A stretch of 64,000 bases of DNA from Octopus vulgaris (taxonomy: Eukaryota), in the NCBI GenBank assembly GCA_951406725.2, contig OX597833.1, forward strand, positions 8,804,001 through 8,868,000, written 5' to 3'. A model generated the notes under the pieces. The model was not told the DNA's origin. It did not search any database and saw only the letters and a program-made list of their open reading frames with translations. The translations under genes were made by a program, and so were the position numbers. How positions within the stretch are numbered: the first letter of the stretch is position 1; every line of letters starts with the position of its first letter. Positions 27,014-39,239 of this stretch are shown piece after piece.

Positions 27014-27667
27014 TCAGTTTCTCTCACTCACGCTTCTCCTTGTCTCTTCATAGCTCTCATTCTATCTTACTCCCCTCTTTCAAATATATAAATTCTCTCT
27101 ATATTTCTTCCTTCTCTCCCTATCTCTTCAGTTTCTCTCCCGCTTCTCTTTGTCTCTCCATTACTCTCTTCTATCTCTTCAGTTTCTCTCCCGCTTCTCC
27201 TTGTCTCTCCATTTCTCTCTTCTAACTTACTCTCCTCTCTCGGATACATATAAGGACATAGACGCTTTCTCTCTCTTCCTTCAGCTCTCGGTCTCTCCTC
27301 TTCCTCTTCTCTCTTACTCTCGGCTCCCAATTTCTTCTTAAGTACATAGACGCTCCCTTTCTCTTCTAACTTACTCTCCTCTCTCGGATACATATAAGGA
27401 CATAGACGCTTTCTCTCTCTTCCTTCAGCTCTCAGTCTCTCCTCTTCCTCTTCTCTCTTACTCTCGGCTCCCAATTTCTCCTTAAGTACATAGACGCTCC
27501 CTTTCTCTACTTTCTCCCTACCCCCCTATTGCACTATTAGATTAATATAAATTAATATAATATAATATAATATAATTCCTCCCTTCCTCACAATCACAAT
27601 CTCTTCCTCTCTCCTCCCTTCTCCCTTTTTCCCTCACAGCTTCTCTCTCTCTCCCCGCTACAACGGA

Positions 27668-28603
27668 ATGGACAACATGCAAAAATTAGAGGTGAATGCA
27701 AACACTGGCGTCAACAAAAGCCAGCGTAACTGGACGAAAGTAGAGCTGGAAGTTTTCATCAGAGGATGGAGCTCGGCCGACAGATCGCAACCAACTAAAA
27801 ACATAGCGGCGACCCTGAAAAGCCATGGCTTTATGAGGACGTTGGCGCAAGTAGAGAGGAAGAAAAGAGAAGTCGAAAGGGCCTACACTCTCATTGCACC
27901 ACACATGGCTTTGCTAAGCCAAGTCCTCAAGGTGGACAAAGACAAAGAGAGAGAGATGGAAACAGGAAACACCAACCACAGAGTGTCAAAAAATGACACG
28001 CCCACTGCCACAGTCGAAGAAGGCAAGCAGGGCAAACAACAGATAGGCGGCGATGGGGAAACAGAAAATAACCACCCGGATGAAAAGACCTATGCAGAAA
28101 GGAACCAGTGGACAACCGTCCAACGGAGGAAGAAAAAACAGAGAGGAACTGGGGACAAGAAAACCCAGATAACATGCAAATTCTTCCGGAATGGAACCTG
28201 CTGGCATGGAGAAACAGGGGAAGGATGCAGGTTCGCTCATCCCAGGCCCTATGGAAATTGCATCAAACCCACTCGACCAAAATGCCTTAACCAAAACCAG
28301 AACAAATACAAGCTGCCCCAGAAATATGCAGACATAGTGCGTAATGCCCCAACAAGGAGAAGGCGCACATTTGCAGAGGAAATGCAGACGGCGGCAGCAG
28401 AACAAAGAAATTTTGTGGAAATGGCAGAGAAAATTGTGGGACAACTGGCCTGGATACATCGTCTTCAGAGCCAGGGGCACTCACAACAGCACTCAAGACC
28501 ACCACAATCAAGGGACCCAGGGTGGCCACCGCTGACGCCGGCCCAGGTGCCACACCGTCAGCCTTTATTGACACCCCGGGTGTCTCACCAGTGCTTCTGC
28601 TGA
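27668..28603 (+). CDS. LINE A ORF1: Myb/SANT-like N-terminus plus CCCH zinc finger
   Basis: NWTKVELEVFIRGW...IAATLKSHGFMRTLAQVERKKREV (trihelix/SANT-like) and CKFFRNGTCWHGETGEGCRFAH (C-x7-C-x8-C-x3-H). Homologous to 55104-56000. Confidence 0.8.
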   Translation: MDNMQKLEVNANTGVNKSQRNWTKVELEVFIRGWSSADRSQPTKNIAATLKSHGFMRTLAQVERKKREVERAYTLIAPHMALLSQVLKVDKDKEREMETGNTNHRVSKNDTPTATVEEGKQGKQQIGGDGETENNHPDEKTYAERNQWTTVQRRKKKQRGTGDKKTQITCKFFRNGTCWHGETGEGCRFAHPRPYGNCIKPTRPKCLNQNQNKYKLPQKYADIVRNAPTRRRRTFAEEMQTAAAEQRNFVEMAEKIVGQLAWIHRLQSQGHSQQHSRPPQSRDPGWPPLTPAQVPHRQPLLTPRVSHQCFC

Positions 28604-31545
28604 ATGTCAGAGGTCTGGTGAAACCCACTAATATGGGTAAAATTCCTTACCTTAGGGACTTGAGCACAAGCAACCATGCAATATGCATAGCGCTGACTGA
28701 AACGCACCTGTCAAGCAGTATAGCAGATGCAGAAATACACATACCGAAGTATACTGTTTTTCGGTCGGACAGGAAGGAAAGAACTCATGGTGGGGTTGCC
28801 CTGTACGTCCGTGAAGATGTCACACCCATAATACTGTTGACACACTCAAACTCAGTCTGTGATACACTGATAGTACACATGAAACAACCGAAAATAGTAA
28901 TATGTGTCACATATCGGCCACCAGACACCCCTAGTCATGAAGGAGTGTTTGAAGATAGCCTCAGAAGAATAGAAGAAGTCCTGGACAAACTGGACCAGGG
29001 TAACACCATTCTACTGCTGGGAGATTTTAACCTTCCGAAAGTCAAATGGCCAGATGGCCATCTCCTCCCTGGAATGACATCACTTGAACAGAGACAGACA
29101 GAGTCCTTGTTGGCTCTCACACGCAAGTTTTTCATGGAGCAAGCAGTGCTTTGGCCAACAAGAGGTGAGAATGTCTTGGACCTCTGTTTCACAAGCAACC
29201 TGATGCTCATCCACAACATAATGGTAACACCAACAATTCTCTCAGATCACAACTTAGTAGAGGTAATGATATATGGTATGAGAGAGTTAGTTGAGACGCA
29301 GCCATTAGAAAATACCACAGGCCTATCCAGTCTAAACTTCCATAAGGCAAACTGGAAGAAGATCAACGAAGAGATCCGAAAACATGACTGGAGTGACTTC
29401 ATCACCACACAAGACACCAACACACATTTCCAACATTTCATGACAACAATACAGAACATATGCCATAAGTTTGTCCCGGAGAAAAAAGCCAGCGGGCATA
29501 GGAACGTTATTCCCAGAGACAGGAAAATACTTATGAGGCGAAGAGCTAAGCTCTCGAAGCAACTAAATGCACGGCAGAGAAACAATGAGGGACTCCACCT
29601 GAAACTTTTTGAAACGGAAACTGCACTCAAACTTTCCTATGAGAAGGAGAGGGCAGAGAGAGAAGCCAGGGCCATAGAGAATATTAAAACAAACCCTAAA
29701 GCCTTCTTTAAATTTGCGAAAGAAACCACCTCGGTACACTGCAAGATTGGCCCACTCTTTGATAAAAAGGGCTCTCTAACTGAGGACCCCCAAGGGATAA
29801 GTGAAATACTAAAGGAACAGTATAAAAGTGTGTTCACATCCCCTCTGGGGCACATGCAAATCACAAACCCAGAAGTTTTCTTTGATGCCACAACACTCCA
29901 AAACCAAACAACAACCATCGACCACATAGACATAACAGAGAGGGATGTAATATCTGCCATAGAAGAAATGAGAATAAATTCAGCTGCTGGACCAGATGGA
30001 TTCCCAGCAGTCCTCCTAAAAACATGCAGGCATGCCCTAGCGGGACCACTGAAGAAGCTCTTCAGTGGTTCCTTGGCTAACGGTAAACTACCCAGGGCGC
30101 TAAAAGAAGGCACCATATGCCCTATCCACAAAGGAGGGAGTAGAGCAGAGGCCAAAAACTACAGGCCAGTCTCCCTGACGTCACACATAAGTAAGGTCAT
30201 GGAACGAATCATCAGAAAAAAACTCATCACGTTCCTCGAAGAAACTAACCGTCTCACTGACACACAGCATGGCTTTCGCCCAGGAAGAAGCTGCCTTACG
30301 CAGCTGTTACAACACTACGACTGGGTACTGAAACAACTACTGGATCGCTCACAGGTGGATGTGGTATATCTCGACTTTGCGAAGGCCTTTGACAAAGTCG
30401 ACCACGGAGTGATATGTCACAAATTACTCAGACTCGGCATAACAGGAAAAGTAGGTGAGTGGATACATGACTTCCTGAAGGACAGAAGCCAGATGGTTGC
30501 AGCCAATGGAGCCCTCTCGGGAAAGACACCAATAGCAAGCGGGGTGCCACAGGGCACAGTCTTGGGACCCTTGCTGTTTTTGGTGGCGCTCTCTGACATG
30601 CCCTTGGTAGCACAAACAACATCCCTCACTAGCTATGCTGATGACACAAAGGTGGCACAGGCAATCAAAAACCCAGCTGATGCTGACCTTTTACAACAAG
30701 ATCTGGATGCCATATACAAATGGGCTGAAGACAACAACATGCAATTTAATGCTGGTAAATTTCAAGCCTTACAATATCAAGCTGTAAACACATATACATT
30801 ACAACACAACTATACTGGTCCAGGAGGGATCGAAATCCCAGTATCGAAATCAATACGGGACCTGGGGATAGACATGAGTGACGATGCATCTTTTTCTTCA
30901 CACATCGCGAAGGTGGCGACAATGTGCAGACGACTCACTGGCTGGATCCTGAGGACATTCCGGACAAGAGACTGCGAGACCATGTTGACACTATGGAGGA
31001 CATTTGTCCTAAGCCGCCTGGACTACTGCTCCCAACTGTGGTCACCGCATAGTGTCAAACTAACCACAGAGCTTGAGACAATCCAAAGACATTTCACCAA
31101 GAGGATTTCCACCATGAAAGAAAAGAACTATTGGGAGAGGCTTAGGGAACTCAATTTGTACTCCTTGGAACGAAGACGAGAGAGATATGCAGTGATATAC
31201 ATATGGAAAATCCTGGAGGGACTAGCACCAAATTTTGGAATTGAGAGCTGTTCCAATCCCCGTACAGGACGTCACTGTGTGGTGCCAAAGGTCCCGTCTT
31301 CCACATCCAGGGTAAGGAGCAGATACTGTAATAGCCTGGGGTTCAGGGGCCCTCAGCTGTTCAACAAACTGCCAAGAAAACTAAGAGATCTACATGATGC
31401 GGATGTGGACATTTTCAAAAAACATCTAGACAAGCTGCTTTCCGGGATCCCAGATGAACCCACTGCAAGGTACGAAGGTAACCTAAGGGCAGCAGCTACA
31501 AACTCTCTCTTAGATCAGTGGCCAGCCACGGCAAACTGGACTTAG
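28522..31545 (+). CDS. LINE A ORF2: AP endonuclease plus reverse transcriptase
   Basis: Motifs [51 protein letters not shown] and YADD. 1007 aa uninterrupted, opening on GTG. Confidence 0.95.
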   Translation: MATADAGPGATPSAFIDTPGVSPVLLLNVRGLVKPTNMGKIPYLRDLSTSNHAICIALTETHLSSSIADAEIHIPKYTVFRSDRKERTHGGVALYVREDVTPIILLTHSNSVCDTLIVHMKQPKIVICVTYRPPDTPSHEGVFEDSLRRIEEVLDKLDQGNTILLLGDFNLPKVKWPDGHLLPGMTSLEQRQTESLLALTRKFFMEQAVLWPTRGENVLDLCFTSNLMLIHNIMVTPTILSDHNLVEVMIYGMRELVETQPLENTTGLSSLNFHKANWKKINEEIRKHDWSDFITTQDTNTHFQHFMTTIQNICHKFVPEKKASGHRNVIPRDRKILMRRRAKLSKQLNARQRNNEGLHLKLFETETALKLSYEKERAEREARAIENIKTNPKAFFKFAKETTSVHCKIGPLFDKKGSLTEDPQGISEILKEQYKSVFTSPLGHMQITNPEVFFDATTLQNQTTTIDHIDITERDVISAIEEMRINSAAGPDGFPAVLLKTCRHALAGPLKKLFSGSLANGKLPRALKEGTICPIHKGGSRAEAKNYRPVSLTSHISKVMERIIRKKLITFLEETNRLTDTQHGFRPGRSCLTQLLQHYDWVLKQLLDRSQVDVVYLDFAKAFDKVDHGVICHKLLRLGITGKVGEWIHDFLKDRSQMVAANGALSGKTPIASGVPQGTVLGPLLFLVALSDMPLVAQTTSLTSYADDTKVAQAIKNPADADLLQQDLDAIYKWAEDNNMQFNAGKFQALQYQAVNTYTLQHNYTGPGGIEIPVSKSIRDLGIDMSDDASFSSHIAKVATMCRRLTGWILRTFRTRDCETMLTLWRTFVLSRLDYCSQLWSPHSVKLTTELETIQRHFTKRISTMKEKNYWERLRELNLYSLERRRERYAVIYIWKILEGLAPNFGIESCSNPRTGRHCVVPKVPSSTSRVRSRYCNSLGFRGPQLFNKLPRKLRDLHDADVDIFKKHLDKLLSGIPDEPTARYEGNLRAAATNSLLDQWPATANWT

Positions 31546-31610
31546 AGAGGGTAGCAACAAGGGCGGTGCCCCAGCATGGCCTCAGCCGGATGGCTGAAAC
31601 AAGTAAAAGA

Positions 31611-31710
<100 letters not shown>

Positions 31711-31845
31711 GTATATATATATATGTATATATATATATGTATATATATATATGTATATATATATGTAGGTACTGTAAATTTAGGGTGAATACTTGATAAG
31801 TGTAAGCACCTGTATATGCCAGATAGTGGCAGAGGTGTATGTATG

Positions 31846-31878
<33 letters not shown>

Positions 31879-33971
31879 CATCATCATCATCGTTTAACGT
31901 CCGTTCTCCATGCTAGCATGGGTTGGACGGTTCGACCAGGGATCTGGGAAGCCGGAAGGCTGCACCAGGCTCCAGTCTGATCTGGCAGTGTTTCTACAGC
32001 TGAATGCCCGTCCTAACGCCAACCACTCCGTGAGTGTAGTGGGTGCTTTACGTGCCACCTGCATGTAAATTTTATATATATATATATCGCCATGATTGAC
32101 CGCTAACTCCACAAGGTTTTTTTATTTTCTCTGTTTATTTCCTCGTATTCCTTTCTGTTGAAGAGCGTAGGTTCGAAACGTAAAAGACTTTCTCATCTTC
32201 CTGAGTGTCAAACTAATACACCTGCTTGTTGTTTATACACCTGTTTTCGTCTTGTTTTTCTTTAAATTTCAACTATATATATATATATGTATGTAGGGAA
32301 GGGGCTCCAAAAGGGGTTCCAGGGTGTAGCATACCTGTCTTCCTAAGCTAGCTTTCCACCTCATTTCTAACAAATCATGGTGGAGCCCTTGGTCTTGGGA
32401 CCGCTGATGCCTAGAAACTAAGGTTGGGAGTAAGCATGCTCCCTGTAGAAAATACACAACCTAACGAGCCTCATGATAGCAAAAAGGAATGGGCACCAGG
32501 CAGCCCAAAGGTTGGGGTGGGCTGCATCTGCCAACGTCAGTTGCTATGGCATTGAGGTAGATCCAGCCACCCCCGTTAATGGGGACAAAACCCAGATTTA
32601 AAACACTGAATGATGATGATGATAATGATGATGATATATATACAGACACACACACACACACACACACACTCACAAGTAATCATTTGAACTTTGTGTATAT
32701 GGCTACTATTATAACAATTCAAGCACTTTCACTGTTCTGGCTACCTGACGTCATCCACTGATTTGATATCACTTTTACTGGATCTTGTAAATGTGTGGAA
32801 ATGAGATGATCAGAAGAAGGCATTTTGGAGGGCGGGGGGGGGGTTAACATAACACAGATTTATTTAAAGAGAGGGTAACATGGTGTAACAAATAAACAAA
32901 GGTAATTATGATTTACTCCTGTGTGCAATGATAGAAATAACAATCTGCTGGAGTGAGTCTGTCAGAGAAAAGAGTCAACTCACTGAGGAGCAGTCAAAAT
33001 CCATGCATTGTGTGAAAGAGAAAATGCAATAACTTGCTTCCAAGTGAGTTTTTAAGAAACCAATTAGCGTGTCGTTCCATGTGACCGAAGTCGCTGGACA
33101 GTTGAGGATCGCTTGTTAACCTTCTAGCTTCTAGGTAGCTCCTGACTTTCCTAACTTGAATTTTGGCACCTGTTCTTCTGGGCAGACAACATCATATTCT
33201 TCTACTGCCAGTTCCTAAAGGCCAGAGGAATGCAGTGCTAATGTGTTGCGACGCTGAAGCAAAGTATTTCGACTGCACTGCTACAAATGTTGAATTTTTG
33301 CTGCATTATTCAACATTCAAACACACATGCCTGCATCCCGTTACATACATGCACCTCAATATTGTGCTTTAACTCCCTTGTTTCATCACATCTGTGCCTG
33401 ACTCGACTCCTTTGCCTGACTCAGTGCACACTGCATAGCTCATCGTGCTCTCTGCACCCTTCTTTTCAGACACAACTTGCATCTGTAAGACCACAGGTTG
33501 ATCACAGTGTACATAGAGAACGTTTGCTTCTCTCTCAACATTCCACGCTTTGCTGTTCTTGCTTAACCACAGCAAATACCCCCAGACACAGGTGAGACTC
33601 ATTTTGTCTCTGCAATTATTTTCAGGTATTTCACATAGCATGCACACCTACCTAGAAAATTCTACCTCACGTCATTGATTGAGAATGCACTCAGTCACTT
33701 TTGCAGCTGCACTCTCTATTGCTCGTGTATGCACACTCGCATGCACGCTGATCCAGGCATGCAAATACTGCACAATTCATACACAAAGCAATACATCACT
33801 ATTCGAACTCACCTGAATAGATACCTGTTCCCGTATACATTTACATGATTCTCTCTCTTGATATGCACAATTTTTCTCAGTTTCGCATCACATTCATCTG
33901 AAAACAAAATGCTTCATACTTTTCACAATTTTCTGCGTTGTTTTTCCTTTTATGCCTAATTCACATTCATG

Positions 33972-35223
33972 CAATTGTTTTCCTTCCTCGATGTTCTGAA
34001 AACTATACTTTCTACAGATACCCTACTATACTACATAGTGTTTATTTCTACCCACTTTCAATAATTTTGAATGTTTTGGCTTCAATTTTGCACAATTGTT
34101 TTCCTTCCTCGATGTTCTGAAACCTATACTTTCTACAGATACCCTACTATACTACATAGTGTTTATTTCTACCCACTTTCAATAATTTTGAATGTTTTGG
34201 CTTCAATTTTGCACAATTGTTTTCCTTCCTCGATGTTCTGAAACCTATACTTTCTACAGATACCCTACTATACTACATAGTGTTTATTTCTACCCACTTT
34301 CAATAATTTTGAATGTTTTGGCTTCAATTTTGCACAATTGTTTTCCTTACTCGATGTTCTGAAACCTATACTTTCTACAGATACCCTACTATACTACATA
34401 GTGTTTATTTCTACCCACTTTCAATAATTTTGAATGTTTTGGCTTCAATTTTGCACAATTGTTTTCCTTCCTCGATGTTCTGAAACCTATACTTTCTACA
34501 GATACCCTACTATACTACATAGTGTTTATTTCTACCCACTTTCAATAATTTTGAATGTTTTGGCTTCAATTTTGCACAATTGTTTTCCTTCCTCGATGTT
34601 CTGAAACCTATACTTTCTACAGATACCCTACTATACTACATAGTGTTTATTTCTACCCACTTTCAATAATTTTGAATGTTTTGGCTTCAGTTTTGCACAA
34701 TTGTTTTCCTTCCTCGATGTTCTGAAACCTATACTTTCTACAGATACCCTACTATACTACATAGTGTTTATTTCTACCCACTTTCAATAATTTTGAATGT
34801 TTTGGCTTCAATTTTGCACAATTGTTTTCCTTCCTCGATGTTCTGAAACCTATACTTTCTACAGATACCCTACTATACTACATAGTGTTTATTTCTACCC
34901 ACTTTCAATAATTTTGAATGTTTTGGCTTCAATTTTGCACAATTGTTTTCCTTCCTCGATGTTCTGAAACCTATACTTTCTACAGATACCCTACTATACT
35001 ACATAGTGTTTATTTCTACCCACTTTCAATAATTTTGAATGTTTTGCTTCAATTTTGCACAATTGTTTTCCTTCCTCGATGTTCTGAAACCTATACTTTC
35101 TACAGATACCCTACTATACTACATAGTGTTTATTTCTACCCACTTTCAATAATTTTGAATGTTTTGGCTTCAATTTTGCACAATTGTTTTCCTTCCTAAT
35201 GTTCTGAAACCTATACTTTCTAC
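33972..35223 (+). repeat. 121-bp tandem satellite, ~10 copies
   Basis: tctacagataccc recurs at 34011, 34132, 34253, 34374, 34495 and so on to 35099. Confidence 0.97.
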
Positions 35224-35701
35224 CATTCCACATGCACTCCAATCTCGCACACGTTCACTGTATATTTCTTAGTTTTCTCCACTTGCATTTTCTCTTTTAC
35301 TCACTTTCCCTAGATCCTCCTTTTCTTCAGAAACTCTTTACGTCGGGAATATTGTGAGTGACCATTTCCTCCTGTGGTTACTCAAGATTGGAAACCGAAT
35401 CCACATACCTGTTGCTTATCACATGGTTGTCTCATCCTTTCTGTTTTATTAAATTGTGTAAATTGCTGTTTTACACCTTATTTTAGAGATGTCAAACAAC
35501 AGACGAGAAAATTTTTGTAGACATTTGAGGATTTGACAGGTGTAAACAATATTGGTTTCAGACATTGGTACAAGGGAGAAGTCGATTGCATTGACCCCAA
35601 TGTTCAACTGGTACTTTTTAATCAACCGCGAAAGGATAAAAGGCAAAGTCAACCTTGGTGGAATACAGGTATAAGTAATATTTCTGCATGAAATCAAATT
35701 C

Positions 35702-36043
35702 GATGACTGGCATCCATGCTAGCGGGGTGCAAAGAGCACCATCCGAGTGTGATCGTTGCCAGAGCAGCCAACTGGCTTCCATGCTGGTGGCACGTAAAGG
35801 GCACCATTCGAGCGTGATCGTTACCAGTGTCGCCTTACTGGCACCTGTGCCGGTGGAACATAAAAAGCACGCACTACACTCTCGGAGGGGTTGGCATTAG
35901 GAAGGGTATCCAGCTGTAGAAACTCTGCCAGATCAAGATTGGAGCCTGGTGCAGCCATCTGGTTCACCAGCCCTCAGTCAAAATCGTCCAACCCATGCTA
36001 GCAAGGAACACGGACGTTAAACGATGATGATGATGATGATGAC
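35702..36043 (+). mobile_element. SINE-like repeat with (GAT)n tail
   Basis: Paralog of 2945-3370. Confidence 0.75.
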
Positions 36044-36205
36044 AATTAGAAGAGGCGAAGGGAAACATTTTGTCGTTATCTTCATTGCAGGGAAAAGAAG
36101 CAGCAGGTTACATTACAAAAAGAAAAGAGAGGCAAAATCTATTCCAGGTGGAGACCATTTCTCTACCAGAATGTGAACATCTTTTCTTTCAATTGCTTTT
36201 ACTTG

Positions 36206-36248
<43 letters not shown>

Positions 36249-36390
36249 ACCACCTTTACTCCCCCCCCCCATCTATCTTCCCCTCTCCCCCTCTCATGCC
36301 TCTCTAGCAGTTAATCTCACTTGTATAATGACAATATTAATACAGTGGGATGTAACACAGGTTTAACATTTTTTTCTTTTCTTTACCCAG

Positions 36391-38568
36391 GACTCTGATG
36401 AAAAAATAAAATTTTACAGGATAAAAGTTGAAGAATTTCCAAACATGCTGGAAGAATGTTTTAACCTTAAAGTGAATGCACTTAAGGCCAAGTTGCAAAA
36501 AGTTGAAAATGCCTTAAGAAATGAGATTTTGCTTGATTTACAAGAAGAAATTTGCAACCAACATGCTAAAGTCTTCCTCCTTTGGACTTTACATGAGCAA
36601 ATATTGGCCAAGGAAATCTCCATTGAAATACTGGGAAAAGATCCGGATAACTTGTTGGCATTAACAAACCAAGCGTTAATATTCGTGCATTATGAAAATT
36701 TCCCTGAAGTCGATAGAGTGCTGGACAAACTGAACACTTTAAAAAGCAGCCCCAATTTCCCTTCATTGGAAGCAAGAGGTAAAGCTGAAATTGCCTTTTG
36801 CATTTCTAGAATATCTTTTCACCATTATCAACGTGCCATTGAACTTTTCAAAGAAGCTCTTCAGGTTTGCCCAAACAATTACTTTTGGCTTTTTCGCCTG
36901 GCTCTGCTAATTTATCGTAGGATGAGGATATTATATGATAAAGAAAAGATAGAAAAATCTTCAAAGGAAGCTACTGAAATTCTTCAAAGAATTACTTCTA
37001 ATTATCCTTGTTATGTTAATGATCATCTAATGGCTAAAACTTTGGCTTTGCTAGGCTCTCTTGAAAATCATCCATTTCTTCATAAACGTACTCCAAGAAC
37101 AATTGAATATTTCCAGAGGGCTTGTAGTATGTTTCCCCAAGACCGATTTGTAATGGAAAAAAGTGCTACTTTCTATTTATCGATAGGTAAGTATGAAGAT
37201 GCACAGAAATTGCTAGAGGAAGCCATTAAAAGAAATGAGACCTCACTTTCACATCATCGTCTTGGTACTATTTATAAAAATCAAATTCCTGAATACAAAG
37301 ATTTGTGCGTTAAAGAATTACCCTTCTCCAATTGTGAAACACAAGAACTAAAAGAATTAAAAGTAGAAAAACGAACATTAAAATGTCCTGAGAGAATACC
37401 TGATATTGAAAGAAATGAAAATGTGGATAAGGCTGAATACCATCTTAAAAAAGCTTACAGTCTGGATCCTCGGAATATACCTGTCATGTATGACCTAGCC
37501 TTGTTATACAGAAGTGTGCGCGAATATGAAAATGCGATGAAATGTTTTGAAGATATTGACTTTTCACTTATGAACGTTTGGGACACCAAAATCAAATACT
37601 TCATTCAATATGGAAAATTTTGTTTTTTTCTGGCTGACAAAAAAGAAAGTGAAGAAGAGAAACAAGATTTAATAGATGTTGGTACGGATATGTTTGTCTG
37701 TGCCATCAATCATTTATCTGAGATTCTGGTGCTCAATAAAAGACAGAAAGAAATTTGGGAAATCAAAAAGATAATGGAAGGAATTTATAACTTTGCTGAC
37801 ACCGAATACAAAAGTAATCTAATGAAATTAATTCAGTCTATAAAAGAATTGCCTGACGAGGGAGGAATTTTCCCAAAACTTCTCAAAGAATGCGGTGGAA
37901 ATGAACTTTCACAAAAATTACGATTGTTATGTCGACAGGAGGAATTTCAACAAGCTTTTCTCCATTTAGAGTTTTCTGGTTGTCAACAAAGTGAAATTGA
38001 TGTCGACCTGAGGAAAACAATTTATCTTCAATATGCTAAAGAGTTCTATGGAAAGAGACAGAAGGTAGCTACGATAATTTTCAAAAAATATTACAAACTT
38101 TGCTTTGGCCATTCCCAAGAATCTGAACACAAAGCAAGTACTGTTGGCTCATCAAAGATTCCTTTTTTTCAATATGATGTCTACATTTTAACATCCAAAA
38201 GTGATAATGGTGATGCTAAACATCTAGCAGAGAGTTTGGTGACATATTTTGGATTGCAAACTAGCTACGGAGACTCTGATTTCACTCTAGGAATAGGAAA
38301 AATGGTAAATGTTAATAAAGTAATGGAAGACAGCTGCCATATTGGAATCTTTTATTCCAAGGATATTTTATCTGAAACGAAATATGCCGTGGAAATTATG
38401 AAAAACCGAAAACTGAAAACTGGAAAGATTTTTCTGATAAACAGCAATAACAGTTCTGAGATAGCCAAACATTTACAAAGTTTTCCTAATGTCGACTACA
38501 AGAACAAGAACAACATAGAACTGTTAAGACTCTTTGAATTGCTTTGTTCTTCAGAGAAAGATAGATAG
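36391..38568 (+). CDS. TPR-TIR gene copy 3, intact main exon (~739-aa spliced protein): IFIT/TTC22-like TPR array plus C-terminal TIR-like domain
   Basis: Uninterrupted 707-aa ORF plus 18 upstream in-frame codons. TPR-like helices include YQRAIELFKEALQVCPNN, YEDAQKLLEEAIKRNE and AEYHLKKAYSLDPRNIPVMYDLALLY. The C-terminus YDVYILTS...FGLQTSYGDSDFTLG...VMEDSCHIGIFYSKDIL resembles TIR box1/box2/betaC. Confidence 0.9.
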   Translation, partial: DSDEKIKFYRIKVEEFPNMLEECFNLKVNALKAKLQKVENALRNEILLDLQEEICNQHAKVFLLWTLHEQILAKEISIEILGKDPDNLLALTNQALIFVHYENFPEVDRVLDKLNTLKSSPNFPSLEARGKAEIAFCISRISFHHYQRAIELFKEALQVCPNNYFWLFRLALLIYRRMRILYDKEKIEKSSKEATEILQRITSNYPCYVNDHLMAKTLALLGSLENHPFLHKRTPRTIEYFQRACSMFPQDRFVMEKSATFYLSIGKYEDAQKLLEEAIKRNETSLSHHRLGTIYKNQIPEYKDLCVKELPFSNCETQELKELKVEKRTLKCPERIPDIERNENVDKAEYHLKKAYSLDPRNIPVMYDLALLYRSVREYENAMKCFEDIDFSLMNVWDTKIKYFIQYGKFCFFLADKKESEEEKQDLIDVGTDMFVCAINHLSEILVLNKRQKEIWEIKKIMEGIYNFADTEYKSNLMKLIQSIKELPDEGGIFPKLLKECGGNELSQKLRLLCRQEEFQQAFLHLEFSGCQQSEIDVDLRKTIYLQYAKEFYGKRQKVATIIFKKYYKLCFGHSQESEHKASTVGSSKIPFFQYDVYILTSKSDNGDAKHLAESLVTYFGLQTSYGDSDFTLGIGKMVNVNKVMEDSCHIGIFYSKDILSETKYAVEIMKNRKLKTGKIFLINSNNSSEIAKHLQSFPNVDYKNKNNIELLRLFELLCSSEKDR

Positions 38569-39239
38569 ATGGATGGATGGAAGGAATGGAGGACGGACGG
38601 ACGGATTGACGAACAGATGGATGGATAGGTGGATGCATGCATACATATATACATATATACTCTTTTCCCTTGTGTTTTCTCTTGTACTCCATCACTACTA
38701 ACTTTATTATCTTCTTCCCAGCTACTCACACCCGGATATGAGGCAGCCATGTATCTCTTCTATAGCAAAACACTTATAATTGTCCTCCAGTCATAGTTTA
38801 ACACTTCCCCCATCTCAAATACTTACCATTAGTTAAGGGTTCTTTTACCTTTCCTTTTTCTGTCTTGCACGTTATTTGGTAATGGAACGAGCTGCCAGGA
38901 CATTCAATAAAGGGATTGGCATACATATTAGGCAACTTGATGTAGTTGTGTGTGCTACCTGACATTGGAGCGTGATGCCGACCTGTGGCTTGCAGGAACT
39001 GGTCAAACCATCCAACCCATGCCAGCATGGAAAACAGATGTTAAATGATGGTGGTGGTTATGATGATGATGATGATGATTACACATGCACACACACACAC
39101 ATTGACTGGATCTTAAGATGATTTTATCTCATATGATGCAAGCTAAATCTGAATCTAAACAACTTCAGCCATTATGTTACTCCAAGTATCAGTGTACCAC
39201 ATCACCTGATTTCCTCATTTTATATGTTTTAATGTTACT

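Noticed and set aside
27067-27510. 135-aa repetitive minus-strand ORF
   Set aside because: It arises from 144-bp pyrimidine-rich tandem repeats in the LINE A 5' UTR and has no counterpart in LINE B.
28935-30629. Antisense ORFs over LINE ORF2s (also 49575-55829 and 61953-63861)
   Set aside because: Shadow frames of the RT genes with no recognisable motifs.
36391-38568. Assigning a gene symbol (IFIT or TTC22) or a bacterial (HGT) origin to the TPR-TIR gene
   Set aside because: Orthology cannot be established without searches. The spliceosomal signals and repeat context indicate a resident eukaryotic gene.
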